Below are positions 31,701 through 40,453 of a stretch of 55,543 bases of DNA, one piece after another. The stretch is from a virus (taxonomy: Duplodnaviria > Caudoviricetes): the IMG/VR virus record IMGVR_UViG_3300034044_000049, positions 1 through 55,543 of that record; one strand, written 5' to 3'. Position numbers and translations under genes: made by a program. Positions within the stretch are counted from its first letter, which is position 1. Every line of letters begins with the position of its first letter. The notes below the pieces were generated by a model that made no database searches, was not told the DNA's origin, and was given only the letters and a program-made list of their open reading frames with translations.

Positions 31701-33215
31701 AGAATTGATAATGAGATTCTTAATGCTTTCTATATAACTAAACTTCGTAAGGAACTTGGTTGGTCAGATGAAGCTGTTACCTCTTTAATTGTTGGGGATA
31801 ATAGTATAGGAAAACAATTAACGGAATTACAGAATACTCTTACGGAAGAAGATGATGGATATGTTCTTATAAATAACTTAACTTTATCTACAGATGTTTA
31901 TAGAACAGGAATTCCAAGAATGAAGTTTATTCAAAGGACAGAAGCTGAAATAGCTAATATTAAGAAAGATTGGAGAAATATGGCAAGAAACGATGAGACT
32001 AAAGATTTTGCCTATTATTTGGGAATAGTAGCTCTATATACTTATGGAGTTGGAGGTGGAGCCAACAATTTAGCTTCTTATATTCCTGAAGATATTATGC
32101 ACAAGTTAGGGTTAAGAAGTAAATCTTTCGCTACTTTCTTGGAAGAGGTTCGTTCAGGAGAATATAATGAGGTATTAAAAGACCAATTAGTAAGACATTT
32201 AGCTCATATTCCTGGAGTTATCCAGAAAGTTAAAGCTAATAAGTTAAAGACTTTATCCACAGGACATATCTATATTCATGATTCTGTTATGGAGGGTAAT
32301 AAAATAAATTTACCTGGATTTAAATACCCCGTTGCTCCGAAATACTTAACTACTACTAAAACTATAAATGGAATAGAAAGAACGGTTCTATTAAAATTGG
32401 TAGGAAATGTTCACGAAACACAAGAACTTCATCCTGGACAGGTAGAAGTATTATCTCCAAGAGGATATATTTATGCTCCTACTCAACCTTTAGGGGTTGT
32501 TAATAAATATAACAATCTTATCCTTAGAGACTATAATTTAGAAATAGAGGATAAAAAATCTATTTCTACAAAAAACCCAGACTTTGAAGTGGCAAAAGAA
32601 GTTACCATAAATGATTTAATTAAGAGTGGGGTGAGATTAGGGAATAATGATAGAATTATTAAACCTTATAAGAAAAGAGTTGAGACTCTTACAGACGCAC
32701 TAACTCTCTTAGACTTTAAATTACCCGCTGTTGAAGAAGTATTGTATGAGGATAGAGTAAGCTTAAGTACTATTAAATCCCCTATAGAGAATGTAGAAAA
32801 TAAGGAAGAAGTTTCTTCTTCTGAAAACATAGATGATTTAAATACTGAAATTATTGATAAAGTAGAACAAGACGAAGAAGCTTCTACTGAATTTAAAGAA
32901 GATATAAAGGAAACTTTCGACACCCCTAACCCTACAGAGTTAGAGGATATAGAACAGAAGTTTAGTTCACCAGAAACATTTGATACAGATATTCCTTCAT
33001 TTGATTCTGGAATGCCTTCTTTTACATCAGAAGAAGAGGAATTATCTAAAGGAATGTCTTTTTTGCAAGGAAATTTAGAAAGTAATTCTGAAGAAACTAT
33101 TATCTTTGAAAATCTTTCTCAAGAAGAAAAAAATAAAGTCCTTGAAAAAGGATATACTGAAGCTACCTTTAATAGTCTTTCTGAAGAAATGAAAAAACAA
33201 ATATTAACTTGTTAA
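25731..33215 (+). CDS. Virion-packaged single-chain double-psi-beta-barrel RNA polymerase, crAss-like (2494 aa)
   Basis: GYRIPNQ followed by catalytic QTGSDYDIDK (DxDxD at nt 30081-30095); also DAQG and NAFVDAAKD motifs; size and position as in Crassvirales. Confidence 0.9.
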   Translation: MALCISKTSPEARKLLSLYESKGMMMVTLNKLNSLEEVKEVIQELESLQTLEERKRYFRLKILGQEDLSNLSVSQRISLGIKTSIEDTYPELERRFSVQELIQLSDTVIEYMLDVTPQNLLDLFENKIDIDYNKIEEYLINLQDETISILKEYGEKADKGEEIFSPAIRDRYFMRLNDIRTLLQENNLEEFKALIRQRLNEFFELEELEGDQLAKLIGNSVRESATVDPNKKMRALIKLWLSLIPDNREYRHTRNGLIKPFVPLYETIYYIEHNLAGIEVDEKEDVLDEMIRRLSKTKATFAPMNYIIETLEDENTPEKFKTQFVRTFNRTYVRYTSLKKISFTERFGDMVLKSFKLSRIEHDKRLENLENIRSFWKEALNREFTKRRKEKDYSTSFINEKIDKIIRRIDGFGKQLDALREEYRKEANARGIKNPADTINHIGHNFYRELGYTHPVDGIDLLADFISETLTDIGLPVNTIKFREALRAEEKNIHIKNRDAKKKAEKILGYIVKKLKEAADIAGSNEFKKSYYPLTDTFEFFHFASGEASANRIVFDVFSTYSQILSATFQESHASFDGNTYYPYNNADFLHKFFNEMMTSIKGAYAKMTAGFRSKIFTSHSPYLFYFLGLSSDENRNSSSKDMTLEDDIISRLTMYNGGVNPAYPYLTLADKSRMYYMKGNIVTPKKRSLESFVTNLVIDELNLVNKAYENVFGENKLPEEKLVLNYHYKLGENGEKIFRDENGMPVGSAFTSGFFGEFLTDSNLFYQEGELKGKPKLDNIQDNSEIEKYIEETLAPKLVENIKEYNLNKLVEAGLVAVREDGYYDIQGIPMNIVNKGHDAYGDEFKKVPKVGTKEEMNFLLSTLSALHLVHLSQALIVHGHLGYYKTFENFMKRTPEVSATGEFLRIHKTKWGEVRPKYNLALMTNKFKETSEVKETLEFLKERQLVDFFDTLSKNEEILSYIKDKYNISTEEESFSEVREFLLSNSKALKDAYKKVTGKSLSDVDVLIDETISEYERVNKADAQGVITPKRWKEIAIGLYGWSDTLEEAYQRAVKGKASEDDLRTLLNHLPLHSLKGQHYEVLRHNDELIPVYIKYSQFPLFPQFVNNSKGAKYLKLMEKSGTDELVVLDGSKAASFNINTFNSPDEYLLSGKTLNNIELSNRYWKLQQENPYHSKDEVTLGVQVRRNLLANLEHPIKVKDKTLSPKEYLNELNRIDNELSNRNSKKVSYTLGLQKYLGLDIIKKSKFYEGLSSMFNNNDDSPTIRELIKTKQPLDAFGSLIKQVEYKIFAKIRKAAIRFKEGGNSLIQVSPEFFEEDSYSPDNTYADLSKETQGGVVWLKDRNLLEPPQVITDEEGNQKVTYGQILISESFVDRIPGYHSQKKKLSKEEFAKWLNERIDQDSLRLLGYRIPNQKLSFNQPLEIVGILPKEVGNSIVAYSEIAVQTGSDYDIDKMFTLMPTLRWDSESNILKPVEFSDKEEELEKRYNLMMENEWKLLPEFKEKMSSLENSEEIIKLKEEISEEVYKAAALSQEVRDKLNSLDEEDFFEAFKIKERSLLEINKALNILDIISDIQEQERLIQLKRKLEKELNSKVSKQLEEIAVKELIEEGVIPDLETFATWDIFAQNTKEALSNRRLQLYLGRLTTPEYYLDLVSSVDTSFLKDNIYTLYEKDTQVPNYLRFSTVEQAVIRKEFMDSKAGVGMTAVAQAKLIYSQFLEFFSANFSKDRFYTKEYKVEKTSEGTYKLVPYRTMYITDVLSAFMNAFVDAAKDNYIGKAKVTPEVQSFVYYLIGEGAPSILPIAVLKNKRLQQTIKAKNSWKQVVNTSYERAKPVELTEQSQATMKEEGINLGEMTNIEKAEFILNNEGNPKYQNIVDFLADTIYTETMKEVNMLVPFSNFLRVDVDGAKKNTRELISNLFTLGKDITGNIDRIKNNLTFLKSFAKNTYNTTLSILSSQRFILSQKGIELLEDLYKDIGDSITKEGTIGRIDNEILNAFYITKLRKELGWSDEAVTSLIVGDNSIGKQLTELQNTLTEEDDGYVLINNLTLSTDVYRTGIPRMKFIQRTEAEIANIKKDWRNMARNDETKDFAYYLGIVALYTYGVGGGANNLASYIPEDIMHKLGLRSKSFATFLEEVRSGEYNEVLKDQLVRHLAHIPGVIQKVKANKLKTLSTGHIYIHDSVMEGNKINLPGFKYPVAPKYLTTTKTINGIERTVLLKLVGNVHETQELHPGQVEVLSPRGYIYAPTQPLGVVNKYNNLILRDYNLEIEDKKSISTKNPDFEVAKEVTINDLIKSGVRLGNNDRIIKPYKKRVETLTDALTLLDFKLPAVEEVLYEDRVSLSTIKSPIENVENKEEVSSSENIDDLNTEIIDKVEQDEEASTEFKEDIKETFDTPNPTELEDIEQKFSSPETFDTDIPSFDSGMPSFTSEEEELSKGMSFLQGNLESNSEETIIFENLSQEEKNKVLEKGYTEATFNSLSEEMKKQILTC

Positions 33216-33225
33216 TTATACTTAT

Positions 33226-36200
33226 ATGAAATGTGTAAATAAAAATCTTCCAGAAGTAAAAGCATTAGCTTCCACTTTCGGTATTACTCCTGATATGGCA
33301 GCAGGATTAATTGGAGTATGGCAAACAGCTAATGATACAGATGAATTTCCATCTTCTGTTAATGATTTTAATCAAAAGGATTTTATTAATCTATTTATCA
33401 GAGAAGATAATATAGATAACTTTAAGCAGGATATTATTACTAAAATCATAATTGATGCTGATAGAACTCCTTCTGGAGGATATGTTATATTTGATAAAGT
33501 ATTTAAAGATTCTCATGATGCTTGGGTATTCTTAAAGAACTATTATGATGCTAATCCAGAAGCTATTAAAGCTATTTATGCCAAAAAGTTAAAACAGTTT
33601 TTTAAGAAAAAACCTCTTTATTTAACCTCAGAACTAATTGATACTGAGTTCAATAACTTGAATGCTGATGAGAATTATAATCCTACAGATAATATTGATA
33701 AGTTTAATGAACTAAAAGAATTGGTAGGAGAAAAGACTGCAAAGAAAGTATTCTCAATAATGGGATATTCTCCTTTATATAAGGATTCATCTATGACGAA
33801 ACAAAGTGTTTTATTCCATCAGCTAAGATTACTTCCTGGAGTAGAGACTATAGAGAATACTGTAAAATTAAGAGCACTTATTCATAGTAAGTATAATAAT
33901 TCTGCCTTAGAAACTTTAAAAAGCCCAGAGGGGGAACCTCTTTTATTTTATCATGGTACCAATAACACTTTCGATACTATTAAACTTAATGCAGGAATTC
34001 CTCATAAAGTTCATAATGTAAACGGATTATGGTTCACCTCTTCTTTATCAAATGCCTTGTTATATGGGGAAAATATCTATCCTGCCTTTTTATTTTCCGA
34101 TAATGTTAATTATTTAGATGCAAAGTTGCCTTTAGGGGATAGATTAAGAATAGTTGAAAGTGAATATATTAATAGAGTTTTTGACAATAAAGCAAACTCA
34201 GCTCCTATAGTATTCTTAAAAACAAAAGATAAAGCTGTAGATTCATTTGTAGGGGAGACTATTCAAGCAGTAGTAAGAGATGAAGGACAGGTCTATAAAA
34301 TATTACCTACAAATAATGAGCTTGCTTTATATCAATCTTATAAAGAAAATTTAGAAGCAAGAAATGATAAAGAAGCCAAGAGAGAACGTTTAACGAATAT
34401 TTTTAAAAAATATGGAGCAGATGGAAACTTTGCTACTTTTAAGCCCTCTATAAACACACAAGCTCTTATAAATGATATTTTACGTATATTCCCTGAATAT
34501 GAAGTTGAATTGGAAAAGACTTCTATAGGACATATAATGGTTAAGATAGAGAATAAGTATGTAAATCCTTTTGATTTATCTAAAAACAAGAGTCCTATCT
34601 ATAAACAAAAAGCTACCAAAGAAGAGCAAGAAGAAGCTATTAATAAAAAAGTAGATAGAAAGGTAGCTACTATTGCAGAGCAATTAGGGGTGGAAATTAT
34701 TTTGGATGAAACTATTGAGGATTCTGGACAGCTTATAGCTAAGGCAGAAGGAGATGGAGTAAGACCCGTAATAGTTTTAAACCCCAAACTATTAAGGGCT
34801 GATACAGCATTACACGAAATTGCTCATATTATCTTAGATCTTATAGATGATAAAGAATTACTGTTACAGGCATACGAGGAAGCTCTTTCTAAATATCCAG
34901 AAGTAGTAGAGAGAGTTTCCGAACAATATCCTGAACTATTGGAAGGAGATAATTTAATGCACTTTGTTAAAGAGGTATTGGCTACAATTCTTGGGGAAAA
35001 AGGAACTGAACAAATTCAGAATACTTCTTTAATAAAAAGATTATGGGAAAAAATAAAAAGTCTTTTTAGAGATATTCTCAAGAAAGATGTTTCAACTATT
35101 GACCGTTTATTAAGAATGACTCTCTCCCCTAAAAAATATGATTTAGATTTATCTGAGTGGAAATATGAAATAACTCGTAAACAGAAAAGCGATATTACTA
35201 AAACTTTTGAGAAAGAAATTGTAGATATTAAGGAGAGATTTACTATTTTAAAGGAGAAATATGCTAATGATCCTAATAACCAAATTCTGGTAGATACTAT
35301 GACTTCCTTATTAAAGAAAATGGAAGTTCTTGATACCTTATCAAGTTTAGATTTATATGTAGATCAAGCATTAGAGAAAGCTGGAAAGATATTAAAAAGA
35401 TTAGATAAATATAAAGAAGGGTTGAAACAAGAAGATATTTCTTTCTTAGCTAAAGCTCTTACTTATATAAATGCTTTTAACCTTATTGAAGATATTGATA
35501 ATCGTATTATTGAGTATCAACATATAAATGAGGATGAAATTCCTAAGTTAGAAGAGCTTAAGAAAAAAGTAAAAGAGTCTCAAATTCTTTATAAGGAAGT
35601 TACTTCTAAAATTAAGATTTATAGTAAAGAGTTATTGGCAGAAATGATGGCTCCCTTTTTTACTAAAATAAGAAATGAAGTAAGAGAAGAGTTTGAGAAG
35701 GAATTTCATAATCAATATGGAGGAGAAAAGAATGCTATTAAAGAACTGGGAAAAGCATACGAATCGGAAAAAATAAGATATATTAATGTAAGAATGGAGG
35801 AAGTTCTTCCTGAGATTAAAGAAAAAGAAAAAGAGTATCTAAAGAATTTATTAGAAGTTTCGGAAACGGAACTTTCGACAGCATCTTTATTCCTGTCAGG
35901 AGCTGCTGAAACTAATGAAGAGCTTATTCAAGTGGTTACTAAACTATTTGATTACAGAGACTTTAATGTTAAGCAAACAGTAGATGAGAAAACATTAAGA
36001 ATGAATGCTCTTATAAAAGAAGCTAAAGAATCATTAGGGGTTTCAAAGACTACCGATTTGTATGACTATCTGTTAGAAAAAGATAAAGACGGTAATCCTA
36101 CGGGGTATTTAGTAGGAAAATATAAATCTTCTTTTGCTAAGAAACGTAAAGAGTTATATGATAGAATTAAGAAACTACCTCCAGAAGAAGCAAAAGCAGA

Positions 36201-38214
36201 AGTTAAAGCTTTTTATGCTACAAAACAAAGCTATATAAATCCACAATGGATAGAAATTAAGAAAAACAAAGAGTTAAAAGCTCTACATAATTTTCTTATG
36301 GAAACTTTAGAAAAAAGTAGAGCTTATGGAAATCTAAAAGTTGTTGCTGTAAAAGAAAATCCTACTCCTGAGATGGAACTTACTCATTATACTTATGAAT
36401 TACCTGTTGTAGAAAAGTCTTTTGCAGAAGCTATTTCTGATAATGGACTGTTTAAGGGTATTGGAGAAAAAGTTAAGGACTTATTCAGATATACAAAAAT
36501 GGAAGAGACTGAATTAGCCCCTGAAGAAGCTCTTGGAAATAAAACTGAAGGAAAAGTTTTAGATAAAATATTACACAAAAAAGTATTAACAGATGAATCG
36601 GGAAAGGTTCATAAAAAAATTCCTTTATATTTCCGTGGTAAAATGGATGAAGCTAATAGGTCTTATGATTTATTTTCTATAATTCCTTTAGAGGTATATA
36701 ATATAGAAAATTACACTAATTCATTGACTTTGGGACATGCTATGTCTTTGTTAGAAGAAATTTATAAAGACAGAGAGATAATAAGAAATACAGGGGGAGT
36801 TACTCAAATTAATGCAGTTTCAGGTAATCCTACAAAGCTAAAAGATGGAAAGGAATCTAATAATTATAAAAAGCTTATAGATGTTATAGAAACCCGACTA
36901 TATCATATATATACAAAAGATTTTGGAGAAATCCCGCTTACTAATCAGAAAAAGATTAAACTAAATAAGCTAAACAACAACCTCTTAAAGTTTATGAGTG
37001 CTACTATGTTAGGGGTTAATGGATTAGCGGGAAGTGTGAACTTCTTAATGAGTAGAATTACTAACCTTATAGAGGGAATTGGTGGAGAATTTTATTCTGT
37101 TAATGATATTCTCAATGCTAAAAAGTATATAAATACCAGAGGAAGTAGTATTTTAAAAGATTTAGGGAAGGAAGTTCCAGAAGCTATTCCAAATCTTGTA
37201 GCTGAAAAGTTTAATATATTTGAGAACTTCAGCATGTTAAAGAGTAAATATAAGGAAGATAACTTATTTAAAAAATTCTTTAAAAGAGACTCTTTAATGT
37301 TCTTTACAAGTGCTACGGAATATGGTGCTCAATTAGAGTTATTATATGCTTTGTTATATAAAGAAAAAGTATATAATGAAAACACAGGGGAATGGATTCC
37401 TTTAGCAGAAGCATTCACAAAGGATGAAAAAGGTGCTCTTACTTATATAGAAGGAGTTACGGTTCCCAAGGAATTGGAATTTAAGATTGCTGAAAGATTT
37501 AAAGGGTTAAGTGTAGAACTTCATGGTAACTATTTTGAGAGTAATAAATCTCTCTTTAGAAAAACCTTCTTAGGAACTCATGTTATGATGTTTAGACGTT
37601 GGTTGGTTCCTTCAGCTCAACGAAGATTTAGAGGGGGAGTAAAAAACATATTTTTAAGTAGAACTGAAAGACAAATGTTTTACAGTGAGTTATTAGAAAC
37701 TAATAGAGAGGGGATGTATATCTCTACGGCAAGATATGTAACAGGAAAAATTCTCCAAGATTTGATAGGAATGGAACTTAATATAGAAACTAAATGGGAT
37801 GAGCTTACCAAAGGAGAAAAAGCTAATATAAGAAAGACTATGGTTGAGTTAGGTATTGCAATTCTTATGTATATAGCTTCTTCTATATTAGCTAATTTAG
37901 CAAAAGATAATCCTGATGATGATGATAAGGATACTTTGTATTTACTTGCTTATTTATTTAGAAGAACTGGTTCGGAATTAAGTTTCTTTTTATCCTTTGA
38001 TATGCTTGATATTATAGCAACTCCTGCAGCAACTACATCTCTTTTAAAGAAATATAAAGATGTAATTGTACAGATGTTTAATCCTACGGAAGTATATAAA
38101 TCAGGGAAGAATAGAGGTGAAAACAAACTTCTTATCAAGACTGGTAGAGCATTGCCAATTACTTCTCAAGTATTAAGAGATGTTAGAGAGGCATACAATT
38201 ACTTAGAAAAATAG
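33226..38214 (+). CDS. Large polyvalent virion cargo protein with ART-like and zincin-like domains (1662 aa)
   Basis: GEPLLFYHGT...GLWFTS...ALLY (ADP-ribosyltransferase-like) near residue 242; HEIAH...KEVLA zincin motif near residue 530; helical C-terminus. Confidence 0.7.
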   Translation: MKCVNKNLPEVKALASTFGITPDMAAGLIGVWQTANDTDEFPSSVNDFNQKDFINLFIREDNIDNFKQDIITKIIIDADRTPSGGYVIFDKVFKDSHDAWVFLKNYYDANPEAIKAIYAKKLKQFFKKKPLYLTSELIDTEFNNLNADENYNPTDNIDKFNELKELVGEKTAKKVFSIMGYSPLYKDSSMTKQSVLFHQLRLLPGVETIENTVKLRALIHSKYNNSALETLKSPEGEPLLFYHGTNNTFDTIKLNAGIPHKVHNVNGLWFTSSLSNALLYGENIYPAFLFSDNVNYLDAKLPLGDRLRIVESEYINRVFDNKANSAPIVFLKTKDKAVDSFVGETIQAVVRDEGQVYKILPTNNELALYQSYKENLEARNDKEAKRERLTNIFKKYGADGNFATFKPSINTQALINDILRIFPEYEVELEKTSIGHIMVKIENKYVNPFDLSKNKSPIYKQKATKEEQEEAINKKVDRKVATIAEQLGVEIILDETIEDSGQLIAKAEGDGVRPVIVLNPKLLRADTALHEIAHIILDLIDDKELLLQAYEEALSKYPEVVERVSEQYPELLEGDNLMHFVKEVLATILGEKGTEQIQNTSLIKRLWEKIKSLFRDILKKDVSTIDRLLRMTLSPKKYDLDLSEWKYEITRKQKSDITKTFEKEIVDIKERFTILKEKYANDPNNQILVDTMTSLLKKMEVLDTLSSLDLYVDQALEKAGKILKRLDKYKEGLKQEDISFLAKALTYINAFNLIEDIDNRIIEYQHINEDEIPKLEELKKKVKESQILYKEVTSKIKIYSKELLAEMMAPFFTKIRNEVREEFEKEFHNQYGGEKNAIKELGKAYESEKIRYINVRMEEVLPEIKEKEKEYLKNLLEVSETELSTASLFLSGAAETNEELIQVVTKLFDYRDFNVKQTVDEKTLRMNALIKEAKESLGVSKTTDLYDYLLEKDKDGNPTGYLVGKYKSSFAKKRKELYDRIKKLPPEEAKAEVKAFYATKQSYINPQWIEIKKNKELKALHNFLMETLEKSRAYGNLKVVAVKENPTPEMELTHYTYELPVVEKSFAEAISDNGLFKGIGEKVKDLFRYTKMEETELAPEEALGNKTEGKVLDKILHKKVLTDESGKVHKKIPLYFRGKMDEANRSYDLFSIIPLEVYNIENYTNSLTLGHAMSLLEEIYKDREIIRNTGGVTQINAVSGNPTKLKDGKESNNYKKLIDVIETRLYHIYTKDFGEIPLTNQKKIKLNKLNNNLLKFMSATMLGVNGLAGSVNFLMSRITNLIEGIGGEFYSVNDILNAKKYINTRGSSILKDLGKEVPEAIPNLVAEKFNIFENFSMLKSKYKEDNLFKKFFKRDSLMFFTSATEYGAQLELLYALLYKEKVYNENTGEWIPLAEAFTKDEKGALTYIEGVTVPKELEFKIAERFKGLSVELHGNYFESNKSLFRKTFLGTHVMMFRRWLVPSAQRRFRGGVKNIFLSRTERQMFYSELLETNREGMYISTARYVTGKILQDLIGMELNIETKWDELTKGEKANIRKTMVELGIAILMYIASSILANLAKDNPDDDDKDTLYLLAYLFRRTGSELSFFLSFDMLDIIATPAATTSLLKKYKDVIVQMFNPTEVYKSGKNRGENKLLIKTGRALPITSQVLRDVREAYNYLEK

Positions 38215-38238
38215 TAATAATATTCTGCTCGGTGCTTT

Positions 38239-38281
38239 AAAAAAAAATAATGGATAGAATTAAATGTTCTATCCATTATTT
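38239..38281 (-). terminator. Intrinsic terminator at the convergence of the two arms (possibly bidirectional)
   Basis: Perfect 15-bp inverted repeat AAATAATGGATAGAA (38245-38259) / TTCTATCCATTATTT (38267-38281) with a 7-nt loop; the A9 run at 38239-38247 gives a U-tract on the minus strand. Confidence 0.8.
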
Positions 38282-38980
38282 CATTATTGATAACCAGTTT
38301 ATTGGAAGAATTCCTTTTTCCTCAAGTCGTTTATTTACTTTCTTAAATACTCCACTTCCTTTAAATCCTCTATAAGCAGATAAAGGGGAGGGATGAGAAG
38401 TAATAACCTTCCTTTCATCAGGAATATTAAAAGGTTGAACTGTGTTTTCAGCATGTTTCCCTAAAAGTAAATAAATAGGCTTTATATTTTCCTCTAAAGA
38501 TTTTATTACTTCATAGGTGAAAGGTTTCCACAAAAGAGAATGACTTCCTGGGGAAGCCCTTTCAACTGTTAATGCTGTATTAAATAAAAACACTCCTTGA
38601 GTTGCCCAGGACGATAATTCGCTTTCTGGGTTTAAAATAACAACATCATATTCATATTCAAGCTCATTAATAATATTTTTGAGACTCGGCTGTAATTCAG
38701 TATATCCATAGGAATTAGGGTTTGCAAATGCAAGTCCTGTAGCCATTCCTTCCGTATGGTAAGGATCTTGTCCTATAATAACTACCTTTATAGAATCCAT
38801 AGGATATTTAAATGCTTTAAAAGTATTATTAAAGGAAGGATATACTTTAACATTAAACCCCTTACTCCTTTCTTTTATTGTGCTTAAAATAGTTTTCATT
38901 TTAGAACTATTTAAGAAAGGAGTAAGAGCTTTGTACCATGAACTATGAAATTGTTTTTGTATCATTGATTGAAAATTCAT
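38276..38980 (-). CDS. ung: Uracil-DNA glycosylase, family 1 (234 aa)
   Basis: GQDPYH, PSLKNI, GVFLFNTALTV and HPSPLS motifs. Confidence 0.95.
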   Translation of the reverse strand: MNFQSMIQKQFHSSWYKALTPFLNSSKMKTILSTIKERSKGFNVKVYPSFNNTFKAFKYPMDSIKVVIIGQDPYHTEGMATGLAFANPNSYGYTELQPSLKNIINELEYEYDVVILNPESELSSWATQGVFLFNTALTVERASPGSHSLLWKPFTYEVIKSLEENIKPIYLLLGKHAENTVQPFNIPDERKVITSHPSPLSAYRGFKGSGVFKKVNKRLEEKGILPINWLSIMK

Positions 38981-39737
38981 GACTAAAAAATTCTTTTTCG
39001 GTTATGGCATCTGCTAACTCAGCATCTGAGGGAATATCCACATCAAGTTCTGCTTCTAATTTTTTTCGATAAGTAGGATCCTTATATAGAATCTTGTAAG
39101 TAGTAGTTTTATTCCAAGAGGTATTTAAGATGGGAAGATAAAAATTCTTTAATTGGTCTTTATACCAATCAGGAAATTTTGAATATTTTCCCTGCATAAA
39201 TATTTCATAAATAGCAACATATTTTAAGGGGACTCTCATCTCATAAATAACATGATAATTGTCCACTTGGAAACTATCTACAAAATAATCACTTTCTTTA
39301 ATAGACTTTTCAAGATTGTACATTGGCATATCCCCTGTATATCTATATACATAAAACAATGTTCCTGTAATATTTTGTTTATTAATCCCTATATAAGCAT
39401 TAATAAAATTACTTTTAAATAACATTGTTTTAGCATTAGTAAAATGAATAGGCGATAAAAATTTAGCAGTATTAGTTAACCGAGTTACTAATAGAGAATA
39501 CTTTCCTTTTCCTAATTTAGTTATATAATTAATATGAAAGGGAATAAACTTTCCTCTTTCTTTTATTAAAACAATTGAATTAACTTTTATTAAAGTCCCC
39601 CCTAAATCTACTTGAGTTATTTCGTCACTATATTTCATAGTGACAGCCTGCAATTCAGAAGGAGAATTTAAAGAAAGTTCTCTAAAAGATATTTTTGTTA
39701 TACTTATCTTTTCTCCTCTTTCGGTAATTATTTCCAT
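38943..39737 (-). CDS. Hypothetical replication-block protein (264 aa)
   Basis: Overlaps both neighbours; 'FMQGKYSKF' segment; no function recognised. Confidence 0.65.
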   Translation of the reverse strand: MEIITERGEKISITKISFRELSLNSPSELQAVTMKYSDEITQVDLGGTLIKVNSIVLIKERGKFIPFHINYITKLGKGKYSLLVTRLTNTAKFLSPIHFTNAKTMLFKSNFINAYIGINKQNITGTLFYVYRYTGDMPMYNLEKSIKESDYFVDSFQVDNYHVIYEMRVPLKYVAIYEIFMQGKYSKFPDWYKDQLKNFYLPILNTSWNKTTTYKILYKDPTYRKKLEAELDVDIPSDAELADAITEKEFFSHEFSINDTKTIS

Positions 39738-40453
39738 AAATATTGATTTAAATGTTCTTCAATTAAAGATAAAGATAATCCTATTGATTCTAATTCTTCT
39801 TTAGAATCAATCATTTTAAGCAATAATTGATTATTCTTAAAATCATCTAACATATCTTTTTCTTTATATAATAACTCTATTTCTGTTAAAGGGTTCTTTT
39901 GTTCAAACTCCCACGTATTTAACAGTTTTTGTGCAGTTTTCTCTCCTACCCGAGGAATCCCTTTAATATTATCACTATTATCCCCCATAAGAAGTTGTTT
40001 ATAGTAGAACTGTTTAGCATCCTCTTTAGTAGTAGTAACAAAAGAAAAATGTTTATGGTGATAATTAAAATGAGTTCCTGGGGTACCATATAGTATATCT
40101 TTATCTATACTACATATAGTACCTTCAGGATAAAAATATTTCTTTAATAGAACTACTAAATCATCTGCTTCTAATTGAGGAATAATTAATGATTGATTAG
40201 AAAGGTGTTTTTTTATCTTTTTAAATAAGGGAAATTTGGGAGGTTTTCTTTGAGCTTTATATGAGCTGACAGCTTTCTTTCTAAAGGATTTTGGAGAAGA
40301 CATACATAAGATAATAGCTCCCGTAGGATTTACCTCTTCTGCTATATCCTCAATAAGATTAATAACATGCCTTACTGCAAAATAGTACTCATGTTCCTTA
40401 AATCTGGTAGTTCTAAAAATGAGAGAATCTGCGTCTATTAAGAGAGGCTTCAT
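39728..40453 (-). CDS. 5'-3' exonuclease / flap endonuclease (T7 gp6 / PolI N-domain-like, 241 aa)
   Basis: IDADS, YKAQR, EADD, DKD and H3TH motif GDNSDNIKGIPRVGEKTA. Confidence 0.9.
   Translation of the reverse strand: MKPLLIDADSLIFRTTRFKEHEYYFAVRHVINLIEDIAEEVNPTGAIILCMSSPKSFRKKAVSSYKAQRKPPKFPLFKKIKKHLSNQSLIIPQLEADDLVVLLKKYFYPEGTICSIDKDILYGTPGTHFNYHHKHFSFVTTTKEDAKQFYYKQLLMGDNSDNIKGIPRVGEKTAQKLLNTWEFEQKNPLTEIELLYKEKDMLDDFKNNQLLLKMIDSKEELESIGLSLSLIEEHLNQYLWK

Noticed and set aside
4092-38138. Short minus-strand ORFs within the structural arm (e.g. 16825-17139, 22432-22806, 9089-9415)
   Set aside because: They are antisense shadows of long + strand genes, with Ser/Phe/Leu-rich composition typical of reverse-complemented Lys/Glu codons.
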